Assembly (NCBI RefSeq): GCF_963921235.1
Contig: NC_086108.1
Span: forward strand, 78,060,001 to 78,124,000
Reading direction: 5' to 3'
Length of the DNA: 64,000 bases
From: Mobula hypostoma
Lineage: Eukaryota
Positions within the stretch are counted from its first letter, which is position 1; each line of letters starts with the position of its first letter. Below, in pieces: positions 14,245 to 26,157 of the stretch. A program made the position numbers and the translations under genes. The notes beneath the pieces were generated by a model that had not been told where the DNA came from, did no database searches, and saw nothing but the letters and a program-made list of their open reading frames with translations.

Positions 14245-14470
14245 GGTCTAGGGTACGGAGGGGAGGTGGGGCACTAACGGAAGTTAGAGAAGTCAGTGTT
14301 CATGCCATTAGGTTGGAGGCTACCCAGATGAAAAATAAGGTGTTGTTCCTCCAACCTGAGTGTGCCTTCATCTTGACAGTAGAGGAGGCCGTGGATAGAC
14401 ATGTCAGAATGGGAATGGGACGTAGAATTAAAATATGTGGCCACTGGGAGATCCTGCTTACTCTGGCAGA
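13852..14470 (-). mobile_element. Penelope-like 3' fragment, same subfamily as 21318-22240
   Basis: LRLEEQHLIFHLGSLQPNGMNTDFSNFR, (TAAA)n tract, hammerhead core. Confidence 0.85.
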
Positions 14471-14853
14471 TGCAGTTCAGCTCAGTGTATGTTATCTGCA
14501 GGTCATTCTGATTCAAAGCTGCCCAAAATAGTAACAAAAAAAGGAGTGACCAGAAACCAGAAACACATCTTAGCATGAACTAGAGTCCAAACTACAAACC
14601 GCATTGATTAAACCTTGCGCAAGACCCAGGATTCTGGCACCATTCTCTGCCAGCACCGAGAGAGAGAGAGAGAGCACATTCAGATGCAGGGTTTTTCCCC
14701 TGGCAGCAGTGAGTGAGATGCTGATAGATAGCACTGAACACCTACTCGCCTTACGCACTCGCCCTGATGATTTCAATCTTCAGCGCTACAAAATGCTAGA
14801 TCAGCGAGAAATGCAGTTGATCAATGGCTTGCACCCTTTCTCCAGGCTTAGAA

Positions 14854-16384
14854 TCATAGAAACATAGAAAATAGGTGCAGGAGTAGGCCATTCGGCCCTT
14901 CGAGCCTGCACCGCCATTTATTATGATCATGGCTGATCATCCAACTCAGAACCCCACCCCAGCCTTCCCTCCATACCCCCTGACCCCCGTAGCCACAAGG
15001 GCCATATCTAACTCCCTCTTAAATATAGCCAATGAACTGGCCTCAACAGTTTCCTGTGGCAGAGAATTCCACAGATTCACCACTCTCTGTGTGAAGAAGT
15101 TTTTCCTAATCTCGGTCCTAAAAGTCTTCCCCTCTATCCTCAAACTGTGACCCCTCGTTCTGGACTTCCCCAACATCGGGAACAATCTTCCTGCATCTAG
15201 CCTGTCCAATCCCTTTAGGATCTTATACGTTTCAATCAGATCCCCCCTCAATCTTCTAAATTCCAACGAGTACAAGCCCAGTTCATCCAGTCTTTCTTCA
15301 TATGAAAGTCCTGCCATCCCAGGAATCAATCTGTGAACCTTCTTTGTACTCCCTCTATGGCAAAGATGTCTTTCCTCAGATTAGGGGACCAAAACTGCAC
15401 ACAATACTCCAGGTGTGGTCTCACCAAGGCCTTGTACAACTGCAGTAGTACCTCCCTGCTCCTGTACTCGAATCCTCTCGCTATAAATGCCAGCATACCA
15501 TTTGCCTTTTTCACCGCCTGCTGTACCTGCGTGCCCACTTTCAATGACTGGTGTATAATGACACCCAGGTCTCGTTGCACCTCCCCTTTTCCTAATCGGC
15601 CACCATTCAGATAATAATCTGTTTTCCTATTTTTGCCACCAACGTGGATAACTTCACATTTATCCACATTAAATTGCATCTGCCATGAATTTGCCCACTC
15701 ACCCAACCTATCCAAGTCACCCTGCATCCTCTTAGCATCCTCCTCACTGCTAACACTGTCACCCAGCTTCGTGTCATCTGCAAACTTGGAGATGCTGCAT
15801 TTAATTCCCTCATCCAAGTCATTAATATATATTGTAAACAACTGGGGTCCCAGCACTGAGCCTTGCGGTACCCCACTAGTCACCGCCTGCCATTCTGAAA
15901 AGGTCCCGTTTATTCCCACTCTTTGCTTCCTGTCTGCTAACCAATTCTCCACCCACACCAATACCTTACCCCCAATACCGTGTGCTTTAAGTTTGCACAC
16001 TAATCTCCTGTGTGGGACCTTGTCAAAAGCATTTTGAAAATCCAAATATACCACATCCACTGGTTCTCCCCTATCCACTCTACTAGTTACATCCTCAAAA
16101 AATTCTATGAGATTCGTCAGACATGATTTTCCTTTCACAAATCCATGCTGACTTTGTCCGATGATTTCACCGCTTTCCAAATGTGCTGTTATCACATCTT
16201 TGATAACTGACTCCAGCAGTTTCCCCACCACCGATGTTAGGCTAACCGGTCTATAATTCCCCGGTTTCTCTCTCCCTCCTTTTTTAAAAAGTGGGGTTAC
16301 ATTAGCCACCCTCCAATCCTCAGGAACTAGTCCAGAATCTAACGAGTTTTGAAAAATTATCACTAATGCATCCACTATTTCTTA
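14854..16384 (-). mobile_element. Young 5'-truncated CR1 (HER1-like) LINE, RT with one frameshift
   Basis: ORFs 15326-16375 and 14946-15329: YRPVSLTS, YLDFQNAFDKV, GVPQGSVLGP, KFADDTK. (CATAGAAA)n tail. Possible AGGCTT TSD. Confidence 0.95.
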
Positions 16385-17259
16385 AGGCTTCTTGGCCTTA
16401 AGGCTGCTGTGCCTCATGGAACACCCTTGGAGACAGCAAAGCAACAGATTGCTCAATCAGCCCAAAAACACGCCACCAACATGTAGATCTCTGGCTCCAG
16501 CAGTAGCAGAACCACGTTTGACAGAAAAAGGAGATGTGAACTGTCTGGTTGTATTGTTTGCTGGTGCCATCTTCTTCAGGAGACTCTGGACCCTCTCCAG
16601 TGCCAGCACATCCTTGCTTAGATAGGGAGCCCAAAACTGCTCATTATACTGCAAGTGCAGTCTGACCAAAGCTTTATAAAGTTTCAGCATTACATTCCTG
16701 CTTTTATATTCTAGTCCTCTCAAAATGAATTTTAACACCTTCCTTACCTTCTTTTAATGCCTTTCTTACCACCAACTCAGCCTGCAAGTTAAACTTCAGA
16801 GAGTCCTGCACGAGGACTCCTAAGTCCCTTTGCACCTCTGATTTTTGAATTTCCTCAGTGGTTAGAAAATAGTCTATGTCTTTATTCCTTCTAGAGAAGT
16901 GCAAGACCATACATTTCCCTAAACTATATTCCATCTGCCACTTCTTTGCCCATTCTCCTAGTCTGTCTACGTCCCTCTGCCAATTTGCTACTTTCTCAAC
17001 ACTAACTGCCCCTCCACCCATCTTAGTATCGCAATAGTATGAACTCTTGCCCCGCAGTGACCAGAGTGTGGCTGGTGGAAGATGCGAACATTCAATGGGG
17101 GAGACTGCTGTTGAAATTAAAGGGGCTTCCAACTGTGGCTTCCTGATCGCTGGCTGACAGGTAGCAACAGAATTAAAGAGAATTCCAAACCCTTTTATTA
17201 GAAGCAAGAGGATCAAAAGGGAAGCCTTTGTGTGGAACCAGTGCACAGTGTCTTGAGTG

Positions 17260-18730
17260 ATAAATTCATGTTGGTATTTACCAGGGTGAAGGATGGAGTG
17301 TTAACAGAGGTGCACACTGACAGTCTGAAATGTGTGTATCAGGAAAGTGGCCATGTTAGACAGATTGATGCACACATTGGTGGACAAATTCTTAGGGCCT
17401 GATGAAATTAATTCTAGGTTTCATGGGTAGTAAGGGAGGAAATTGCTGGACCCCCACAAGGATTTTTGTATCATCTTTAGTCAAGACTAGAGAATAGCTA
17501 AACTTGTTTCCATCTTCAAGAAGGGTGGCAGGGATAAGCAAGGAAACTACAATCCAGTGGTGAAAACTATTCTAAAGAATAAGATGCTTGAAAAAACAGG
17601 GTCTGATTAGGGGGGTCGGCTTGGTTTTGGACGTGGGAAATTTGACTGGACTTTACTAAGAAAATTGATGAAGCAAAGTGGAAGACTTGGTATATATGAA
17701 CTTTTGCAAGGCACCACATGACAGGTTGGTCCAGCAAGTTTGGGCACCTGGTCCAAGCTGCCTTGGCAGACTGTATAGACGGCACAGTGCAGTTGTAGAA
17801 GATGGCTTTTGTGACCAGACGTCTGTAATCAGTGGTCGATGCTGGCACCTTTGTGCTTTGTCATTAATATAAATGACTTGGATGAGAACATCTGTGGTCT
17901 GATAAGTAAGTTTTCTGAAAACACAAAGATTGATGGAATTTTAGATTGTGAAGATGTTTGGCTAAGGGTACAAAATGATATAGAACAATTGTAAATGTGG
18001 CATAGGGAATGTAATTCAGCCCAAACCTGAACAAGTATATACAGTAAATGGCAAGAACCTTGTAAATATTGATGTGAAAAGGACCTTGGGTTGTACAGTA
18101 TGTTGATAGCTCCCTGGACACAGATGGATAGGATAATGAAAGTACATTTAGCTGGCTTGACCTTACAGGCAAGGGTATTGTGTATAAGGGTTCTGATATC
18201 ATGTTGCAGCTAGATAAGACATTGTTTGGGATAGATTTGGAATATTCTGTGCAGTTCTGGTCGCCACGGTGTTGACAGGACATGGTAGTGCTAGAAGGAG
18301 TGCATAAGCGATTCATTGAGAAGTTGACTGGATTCGAGGGATTTAGTTACAATAAGGATTGTTATCACTCATGCAGGAAGCTAAGGGGTAACCTTATAGA
18401 GGTCAGTAAAGTTATGAGGGCATAGATAGGGTAGATAATCACAGTCCTTTTACAAGGGTAGAATAATCTCAAAATAGAAAACATCAGTTTAAGGTGAGAC
18501 AGGAAACATTTAAAGAAGATCTTATGTGCACACTTTTCTTATAAATGGTGGTGGGTAAATAGAACTAGCTATCAAAGTAAGTACCAGTTACAATCATACT
18601 GTTTAAGATGTATTTGCACTGGTACGTGGATAGAAGAGGAATAGAGAGATATCGGCCAAATTCAGGAAAATAGAATGAGCTCAGATAGGCATTCCAGTTA
18701 GCATGGAAAAGGTTTCATGCTGTATGACTC
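17260..18730 (+). mobile_element. Old degenerate CR1
   Basis: Decayed RT motifs and a CR1-like 3' end near 18720. Confidence 0.7.
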
Positions 18731-19424
18731 GACGACTTTATAACTAGTACACTAAGGGAGTGGTAATCTCCTCCCTGAGTGAGGAGATTCTGTGAGGTGA
18801 GTTCCTTAGGTTAGAATCAGCCCTTTTTGGTACATTGTTTCTCTTAATCTGCAAAATTACCACTACGTCTGTTGTTATTCACTTCAATTGTTTGCATAAT
18901 TTTTATTTATTTTTTTCTTTCTCTTGCGCATCAAGTGTTGGTCTTTTATTTTTATTCTTTTTTTTCTTTAATTAGATTCTTTCGGGTTTCTTGCTTTGTG
19001 GCTATCTGTGAGCAAGCAAATCTCAAGGTTGTATAAGTTATACATTCTTTGGAAATAATAAATGAATCTTGAATCTGATAATCAGTGCTTGGACAAAGTG
19101 GAGTCAGGCCTGATCTTATTCCGTTAGAGAAGCTGATTCTGAGAGACTGGTTGGATCCTTGCAAAGATAATGTGTTGTGTTCCTTGGGTTGGCAATGCTT
19201 TTTAGTTGCATCTTTGTCTGTTGTTCATTGAACTGTACAATCACAGTAAAACGGTCTCGTTAATTTAAAAAAACTGGACAAGGAAACTTTGTCTTTAGTC
19301 AGCAAAAGTACTGCATTATTTCCCGTGCACGGCAAGATCAATTAGTTTACAGTGTATGCTTTGTGCAAACAGGGGTGAAGTCATTCCATCTGAACTCTCC
19401 TTTGTAACCTATAAACTGAGGATA

Positions 19425-19910
19425 GATTTAGATTTAGATTATGAAGACACGCAGTCCTCTTTTATTGTCATTTAGTAATGCATGCATTAAGAAATGATAC
19501 AATATTTCCTCTGGTGTGATATCACAAAACACAGGACAGACCAAGACTGAAAAAAAACTAACAAAACCACATAATTATAACACATAGTTACAACAGTGCA
19601 ACAATACCATAACTTGATGAAGAAGTCCATGAGCACAGTAAAAGTTCAAAGTCTCTCAAATGTCCCACATCTCACGCAGAGGGGAGAAGGAAGAAAAACT
19701 CTCCCTGCCATACCTGACCACGGTCCGACTCTGAGTCATCCGAAAACTTAGAGCTCTGATCAGCTCTCCGACCGAGTACTGAGCGCCAGCTCTATCCAAA
19801 TGATTCGACCTCCATCTTGGTCGCGAACAGCAGGAAAAGCCGGGGATTTTGAGCCCTTCCCTCCGAAAGATTCCCAACCGCGCAGTAACGACAGCAGCGA
19901 ACGAGCGTAA
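19425..19910 (-). mobile_element. Short retroelement with (AGATTT)n tail and CpG-rich 5' part (non-autonomous; family unassigned)
   Basis: Tandem tail at 19425-19440, Rex1-like 3' UTR wording, no ORF homology recognised. Confidence 0.5.
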
Positions 19911-21317
19911 TTGACCATCAGTTCATCAATTAGGCCTCTGCTTTGCTCTTTTCTTGGGTTAAGGGTGTAGAAGAGAAATATTCAGAGTCATTTATTTATC
20001 ATGTGAGCATCGAAACATACAGTGAAATGCGTCACTTACATGAACAAGTGACACCACTTAAGGATGTGCTGGGACCAACCCGCAAGTGTCGTCACACATT
20101 GTGATGCCAACATTGCATGCCCACAATATTCAATAGAACAACACAATAATAGTAACAAAACAAAATAACAGCAAAACAAGTCCCTTTCCTCCCATCCACC
20201 CATTCAGTCATACACACCGACTTCTAATTCCAGCTTCGGCCCCTTTCCCTTCCAGTTCTGATGAAACGCCTCGGCCCAAAACAGCAACTGTTTATTCCCT
20301 CCGTAGATGCTGCCTGACTAGCTGAGTTCCTCCAGCATTTTGTGTGTGTTGCCTAACATAAAGCACTGTATACAAATTGGAAGCAGTTTAGCGTTGCTTA
20401 GCTAATGCTGACTTTTGGTACATCCACACTTCCAACAAGCTGTGTCTGTAGCTGTATTTTTGGCTCTGATTACAAGCTGTGGGTTCAAGGTACTTGTGTC
20501 AGCTTTGTCCCATAATTCTGTCTATGTGGAACGCTGCATTTAGATGGGCACCAAACCAGAGCCTTGTCTTAGATGCCTATACAAACTGAAGCAAGCAAGT
20601 GATCTGATCAAAAATTTGCCTCAAGCACAACACTGAGGGAGTGCTACACTGCCCAGCGTTTCAATTCCTTGACATTACTTTTTATGAGGAATAAAAATAG
20701 AATAACTCAGTGGGTCATGTAGCATTCCATCAAGGCAAAAGTTGTATTTCAGGTTGAAACCCTGCATTAAGGCAGTTTATGGAGTGGGGAGGGTGGTGAG
20801 TGGGGGTGAGATCAAAGGCTGGTAGGTGGTAAGTGGAACCCAATGAAGGGGAATGACAATAACCAATTGGAAAAGGGAGGGGATAACAGATGGGAAAGAT
20901 TGATAAAGAGAAATCAACCTTGCTAGATAGATAAGTGTTTATGGGAGAAGAACACCAGGGATGTGGATTATCTGAATTTAATTGTAATGGAGAGATTAAA
21001 CACAAATTATAGGAATGACATGTCATAATTCCACTTGGCTAATTTACAACCTAATTCTATGAAGACTGAATTTTCACCTTTGTTGACAAATGCAGCATTA
21101 TTATTTTTGAGTTGTGTCAACTGAACTCCATTTGTATATATAAAGAATGGAACCAAATAGATTTTTATGCACTTTTTTGCAAATGTTTATGTGCTTTCTC
21201 TCCATCCATTCCTTCCCCAAAACAAGCCTCACCAATTTTTGTTTCCTCAGAAACTCAAAATTAGCCTCCAGGAATAACCAAACAAAATTTCATCATATCA
21301 GTTGTGCAATATATACC

Positions 21318-22240
21318 ACCACTAAGCACTTCTTTCCCTCCCTCCCCCCCCTCTGCATTCCGCAGGGATCGCTCCCTACGCGACTCCCTTGTCCATTCAT
21401 CCCCCCCATCCCTCCCCACTGATCTCCCTCCTGGCCCTTAGCTGTGTAAGCGGAACAAGTGCTACACATGCCCTTACACTTCCTCCCTTACCACCATTCA
21501 GGGCCCCAAACAGTCCTTCCAGGTGAGGCAACACTTCACCTGTGAGTCGGCTGGGGTGATATACTGCGTCCGGTGCTCCCGATGTGGCCTTCTATATATT
21601 GGCGAGACCTGACGCAGACTGGGAGACCGCTTTGCTGAGCACCTACGCTCTGTCCGCCAGAGAAAGCAGGATCTCCTAGTGGCCACACATTTTAATTCCA
21701 CATCCCATTCCCATTCTGACATGTCTATCCACGGCCTCCTCTACTGTAAAGATAAAGCCACACTCAGGTTGGAGGAACAACACCTTATATTCCGTCTGGG
21801 TAGCCTCCAACCTGATGGCATGAACATCGACTTCTCTAGCTTCCGCTAATGCCCCACCTCCCCCTCGTACCCCATCTGTTACTTATTTTTATACACACAT
21901 TCTTTCTCTCACTCTCCTTTTTCTCCCTCTGTCCCTCTGAATATACCCCCTGCCCATCCTCTGGGTCCCCCCCCCTTGTCTTTCTTCCTGGACCTCCTGT
22001 CCCATGATCCTCTCGTATCCCTTTTGCCTATCACCTGTCCAGCTCTTGGCTCCATCCCTCCCCCTCTTGTCTTCTCCTATCATTTTGGATCTCCCCCTCC
22101 CCCTCCCACTTTCAAATCTCTTACTAACTCTTCCTTCAGTTAGTCCTGACGAAGGGTCTCGGCCTGAAACATCAACTGTACCTCTTCCTAGAGATGCTGC
22201 CTGGCCTGCTGCGTTCACCAGCAACTTTTATGTGTGTTGC
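21318..22240 (+). mobile_element. Young Penelope-like element 3' part (GIY-YIG + pLTR)
   Basis: HFTCESAGVIYCVRCSRCGLLYIGET*RRLGDRFAEHL..LEEQHLIFRLGSLQPDGMN. Flanking duplication TGCAATATATACC at 21305-21317 and 22238-22250. Confidence 0.9.
22141..22178 (+). ncRNA. Minimal type I hammerhead ribozyme motif (best-preserved core)
   Basis: TAGTC-CTGACGA-A-GGGT CTCG GCCT-GAAA-CA-TC-AACTG. Differs from the inferred consensus mainly by CpG transitions. Confidence 0.72.
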
Positions 22241-22842
22241 AATATATACCTCAGATGTCTTTCTTGGGTACTTGGAATACAGAGCCACAATCTTTCATAA
22301 AGCATTCCTTTTATTTGTCTAATTATTCTGATGAAAGCTTTGCATGAAACTTTGAGTCTGTTTCTCTTTCCACAGATGTTAATTAATTTCTAACTATTCT
22401 GTTTTATCTTAGACTTGCAGGTTCTGCAATTGTTTTGCTTTTCTAAGGTATATTAATTAACAATTCATTAACAAGATTTAAGATGGCCTGTTTCTTGTAT
22501 TTTAATCTGTAATCTTACTTACTAGGTCAGATGTATATCTTATTTTTTATAGGCCTTATTTGCAAGTCAGGTTAAGTCTGTCCATATAAATACATAATCG
22601 CTTGAGATTTCTCCCACTGCTTAACCTTCAAGATATATTGTGTGCATTTGGGACTGAATTATCTGATGCTGAAGTACATCCTAGGATGTGCTGGGACATA
22701 TAATCAGTGATACAACCTGGGGTCATCAGGTGATTTGGGTATTTCAACATCAGACACTTTTGCCCAGGCGAGCCAGCCATGATTGAATGGCAGAGCAGAC
22801 TGGATGGGCCAGATGGCCTAATTCCGCTCCTACGTCTTATAG

Positions 22843-23548
22843 CAGCGATCCCCAATCACCGGGCCGCGAGGAAACAATATGATTTGGCGATAGGAGTCAG
22901 CTGCACCTTTCCTCATTCCCGGTCACGGCCACTGTTGAGCCATTACGCGCATGCAAGGTCATTACCCGCGCGGCATCCATGTCACCGCGGGAAGGAGATC
23001 AACTCCTCGAGCTTGGCAGGCTGAAAAGTGTGTTTGACGTAACATCTCTGCCGGCATTCTGGATCAAAGTCAAGGCTAATTATCCTGAGATAGCCGGGAA
23101 AGCACTGAAAATGTTGCTTCCATTTCCAACATTTTTCTGCGCAGCAGAGTTTTCTGCAATGAATGCAAGGAAAACTAAATTGTGGAATAGACTGGATATA
23201 AGGAACCCCGTTAGAGTATCGCTGTCTCCCATCACCCCTCGATAGGACCGTCTTGTTGCAGGAGAACAAGTATTCAGCCCAGGGCTCCCACTGATTCAGC
23301 GATATTGGTGTGTTGCAATGATTTTATATGTTCATATGGGGAAAATATGCGCTGTGTGTTTAATATTCAAACGTTACTTAAAATGTTATGATGGTATTGA
23401 CTTACTTATATAACCATATAACAATTACAGCACGGAAACAGGCCATCTTGGCCCTTCTAGTCCGTGCCGAACGCTACTCTCGGCCGGTCCACAAGAATAT
23501 TGTCAATATTAAACCGGTCCGCAGTGCAAAGAAGGTTGGAGACCCCTA
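22843..23548 (+). mobile_element. hAT (Charlie-like) deletion derivative inserted in a CR1 tail
   Basis: TIRs CAGCGATCCCCAA / TTGGAGACCCCTA. TSD TCTTATAG/TCTTATGG. Dimerisation-domain relic SLPAFWIKVKANYPEIAGKALKMLLPFPT. Confidence 0.85.
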
Positions 23549-23574
23549 TCTTATGGTCTCATCTTCAGTCATAG

Positions 23575-24085
23575 AAAAAGAATCTAGTGCTTTCCCAGCA
23601 TATATGATGAGTAAACTCTTCTTGGGCTTCTAGCTAGGTACAGATATCGATTATAACTGACATTTTGATGACAAACTCTGCCATTTTCTTCAGGGATAAT
23701 GCGTGGGTAAGTCTAGTCCAGTGATATTTATATCCCCATAGTCCGTCCCTCCTGATTGGTTAGTCCTCATCCAATCAGGTTTCTGCTCTCCCACCTTGTT
23801 TACAATCAAATTCCAGATCTTACTTCACAAATTTTAACAAAGACAAAGTTCTCTCTAAGTAAGAACTACAATTTGGTTGGAAGCAAGGTGGGAGAGCAGA
23901 AACCCGATTGGATGAGGACTAACCAATCAGAAGGGATAGACTAAAGGTGGGGGGAGGGGGAGGGGAAAGGAGGTATAAATACCACCGGACTAGACATGCT
24001 TAGGCCTCATCCCTGAAGAAGATGGCAGAGTTTGTCATAATCAATATCTGTATCCTTTTGGAAGCCCGAGAAGAGTTTATTCGTT
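23575..24085. mobile_element. Second Penelope-like family: inverted pLTR pair
   Basis: Arms ~23605-23825 and ~23857-24083 are reverse complements. NFNKD-like endonuclease end in the spacer. CCAAT boxes, TATAAATA, CTGAAGA core. Confidence 0.72.
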
Positions 24086-24470
24086 CAGTCATAGAAGTTT
24101 AGGAGCTAGAACATGTAGAATATTCCTTTTTATCTTCAAGTCTCTGTTTCAAAAACTACAGTTCCTAAGGTGATTTGTTAGTCACCTGTCTTAAAAACAT
24201 AAAATTCTTTGGCAAGAGATGCTATTGATTGATCTCATACATACACAGCATTATGTTGGTATCTAGTTTCTTCCTGGAACTATTAGAGTTTTTTGTTTTA
24301 CCAGTTGTGCTGCCAATCTATTTCAACCTTTGGTTTTGCATAACCGTTCCTGAAATACCTCCTCAGGTTGCTTCTAAATATCTTCATTGTTTGGACGGGT
24401 GCAACAGATGTGAGTAATACCACAAAGGCTTCAGTTTGCCAATATGAGAGTAGGTTAAATATTCTACATC

Positions 24471-25125
24471 ACAAACAAAAGAAGTTCTGCAGGTGCTGGA
24501 AAGCCGAGCAACATACACAAAATGCTGAAGAAACTCAGCAGGCCAGGCGGCGTCTATGGAAAAAAGTACAGTCTACATTTTAGGCCATGACCCTTTGGCA
24601 GGGCTGGAGAAAAAAAAGATAAGGAGTAGATTTAAAAGGTGGGGGGAAGGGAGAGAAACACAAGGTAATGGGTGAAACTGGGAGGGGGAGGAATGAAGTA
24701 AAGAGCTGGGAAGTTGATTGGTGAAAGAGATACAGGGCTGGAGAAGGGGGAATCTGATAGGAGAGAACAGAAGGCCATGGAAAAAAGGAAAGCTGGTGGG
24801 GGGGGGTGGTGGTGAGGAGCACCAAAGGGAGCCGATGGGCGGACAAAGAGATGAGATGAGAGAAAGGAAAGGGGAGGGGGAATGGTGAAGGAGGTGGGCT
24901 GGAGGCCATTACCAGAAGTTTGAGAAATCAGTGTTCATACCATCAGGTTGGAGGCTACCCAGACAGAATATAAGGTGTTGTTCCTGCATCCTGAGTGTGG
25001 CCTCACCTGGAAGGGCCATTTGGGAACACTAACATACAGGAGGCCACACCAGGACCTCTGGGCACAGTATATGACCCCAACAGACTCACAGGTGAAGTGT
25101 CACCTTACCTGGAAGGACTGTTCAG
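24471..25125 (-). mobile_element. Penelope-like pLTR plus GIY-YIG fragment
   Basis: Same terminal repeat and endonuclease-coding segment as the other copies. Confidence 0.8.
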
Positions 25126-26157
25126 GAATGTAGAGCAGGGAAATTAAATTCAGGAAACAGGAGAAAATCTGCAATAATCCAACAAGTGCATGGAAAGATA
25201 GCAACACACACAGAATGCTGGAAGAACTAAGTAGTCCAGGCGGCATTTATAAAAAAAAAGAATAAATGGTCATGTTTCAGGCCGGGACCCTCCATCAGGA
25301 CAGATAGCTTTGATGGTCAAATGAACTTACTCGACGTTGTTTCATTTAATCATTTTATTCAGGGCCATTTATAAAAATTCAGCCTTTCTGTTCTTCCTTT
25401 CAATCTCTCTATTAGCTTCTGCCTCTTTTCACACCTCTGCTTCCTCAGGAGTTTGTCCCTCTTAAGGAATCTTCCGTGCTTTGTTTCTATGATGTCCTCT
25501 CTGTGCTCACTCCAAACAATCAGCACCTTGTCTGTGCCTGGAGTTCCCAGCATTGTTTCCGTCAGTGGCTATGGAAACTGGGTAGGATGATTTGCCAACT
25601 ACACCCACCTTTGTCAATGTATTGACTGAAATATGGCTGGCACCTTAGAGATTGCCACATGATCCTGTGTACGATTTCCCTGTACCATTGCTATAGAAGT
25701 TAGAAGTTACTATTCCAAGTGGATCTAATGGAACAGAATATCTTTACATGTAAACAGAGTAATAAGACACTATTGGAAGACAGCATTAAGTGCCCCCTTC
25801 AGGTTTTTGCAGACTTTGAAGTCAGTCGAAGTCCTATTTCAGCATAAACACAAGCCTCCTCTACTGCCACAATGAGGCCATTCAGGCTGGAGGAGCAACA
25901 TCTCATATTCCATCTGGGTAGTCTCCAACCTGACAGCGTGAGTATCAATTTCTTTAACTTTCAGTAATTTCTCCCCCTCCCCCTTCCCCTCCTCTCTTTT
26001 TTGCATTCCCCATTCTGGTACCTCCCTTACCCCTTCACTTCTCCTCACCTGCCTCTCGCCTTCCTCTGGTCCCCTCTCCCATGATCTGTTCCTCTTCTAT
26101 TAGATTCCATCTTCAACCCTTTACCTTTTCCACCGGTCACCTCCCAGCTTCTCACTT

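Larger units (their letters stand above)
13178..17020 (-). mobile_element. Older CR1 in two pieces (13178-13610 and 16583-17020) hosting nested inserts
   Basis: 3' UTR at 13180. The RT C-terminus resumes at 16583 (LYKALVRLHLQY..FWAPY). Confidence 0.75.
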
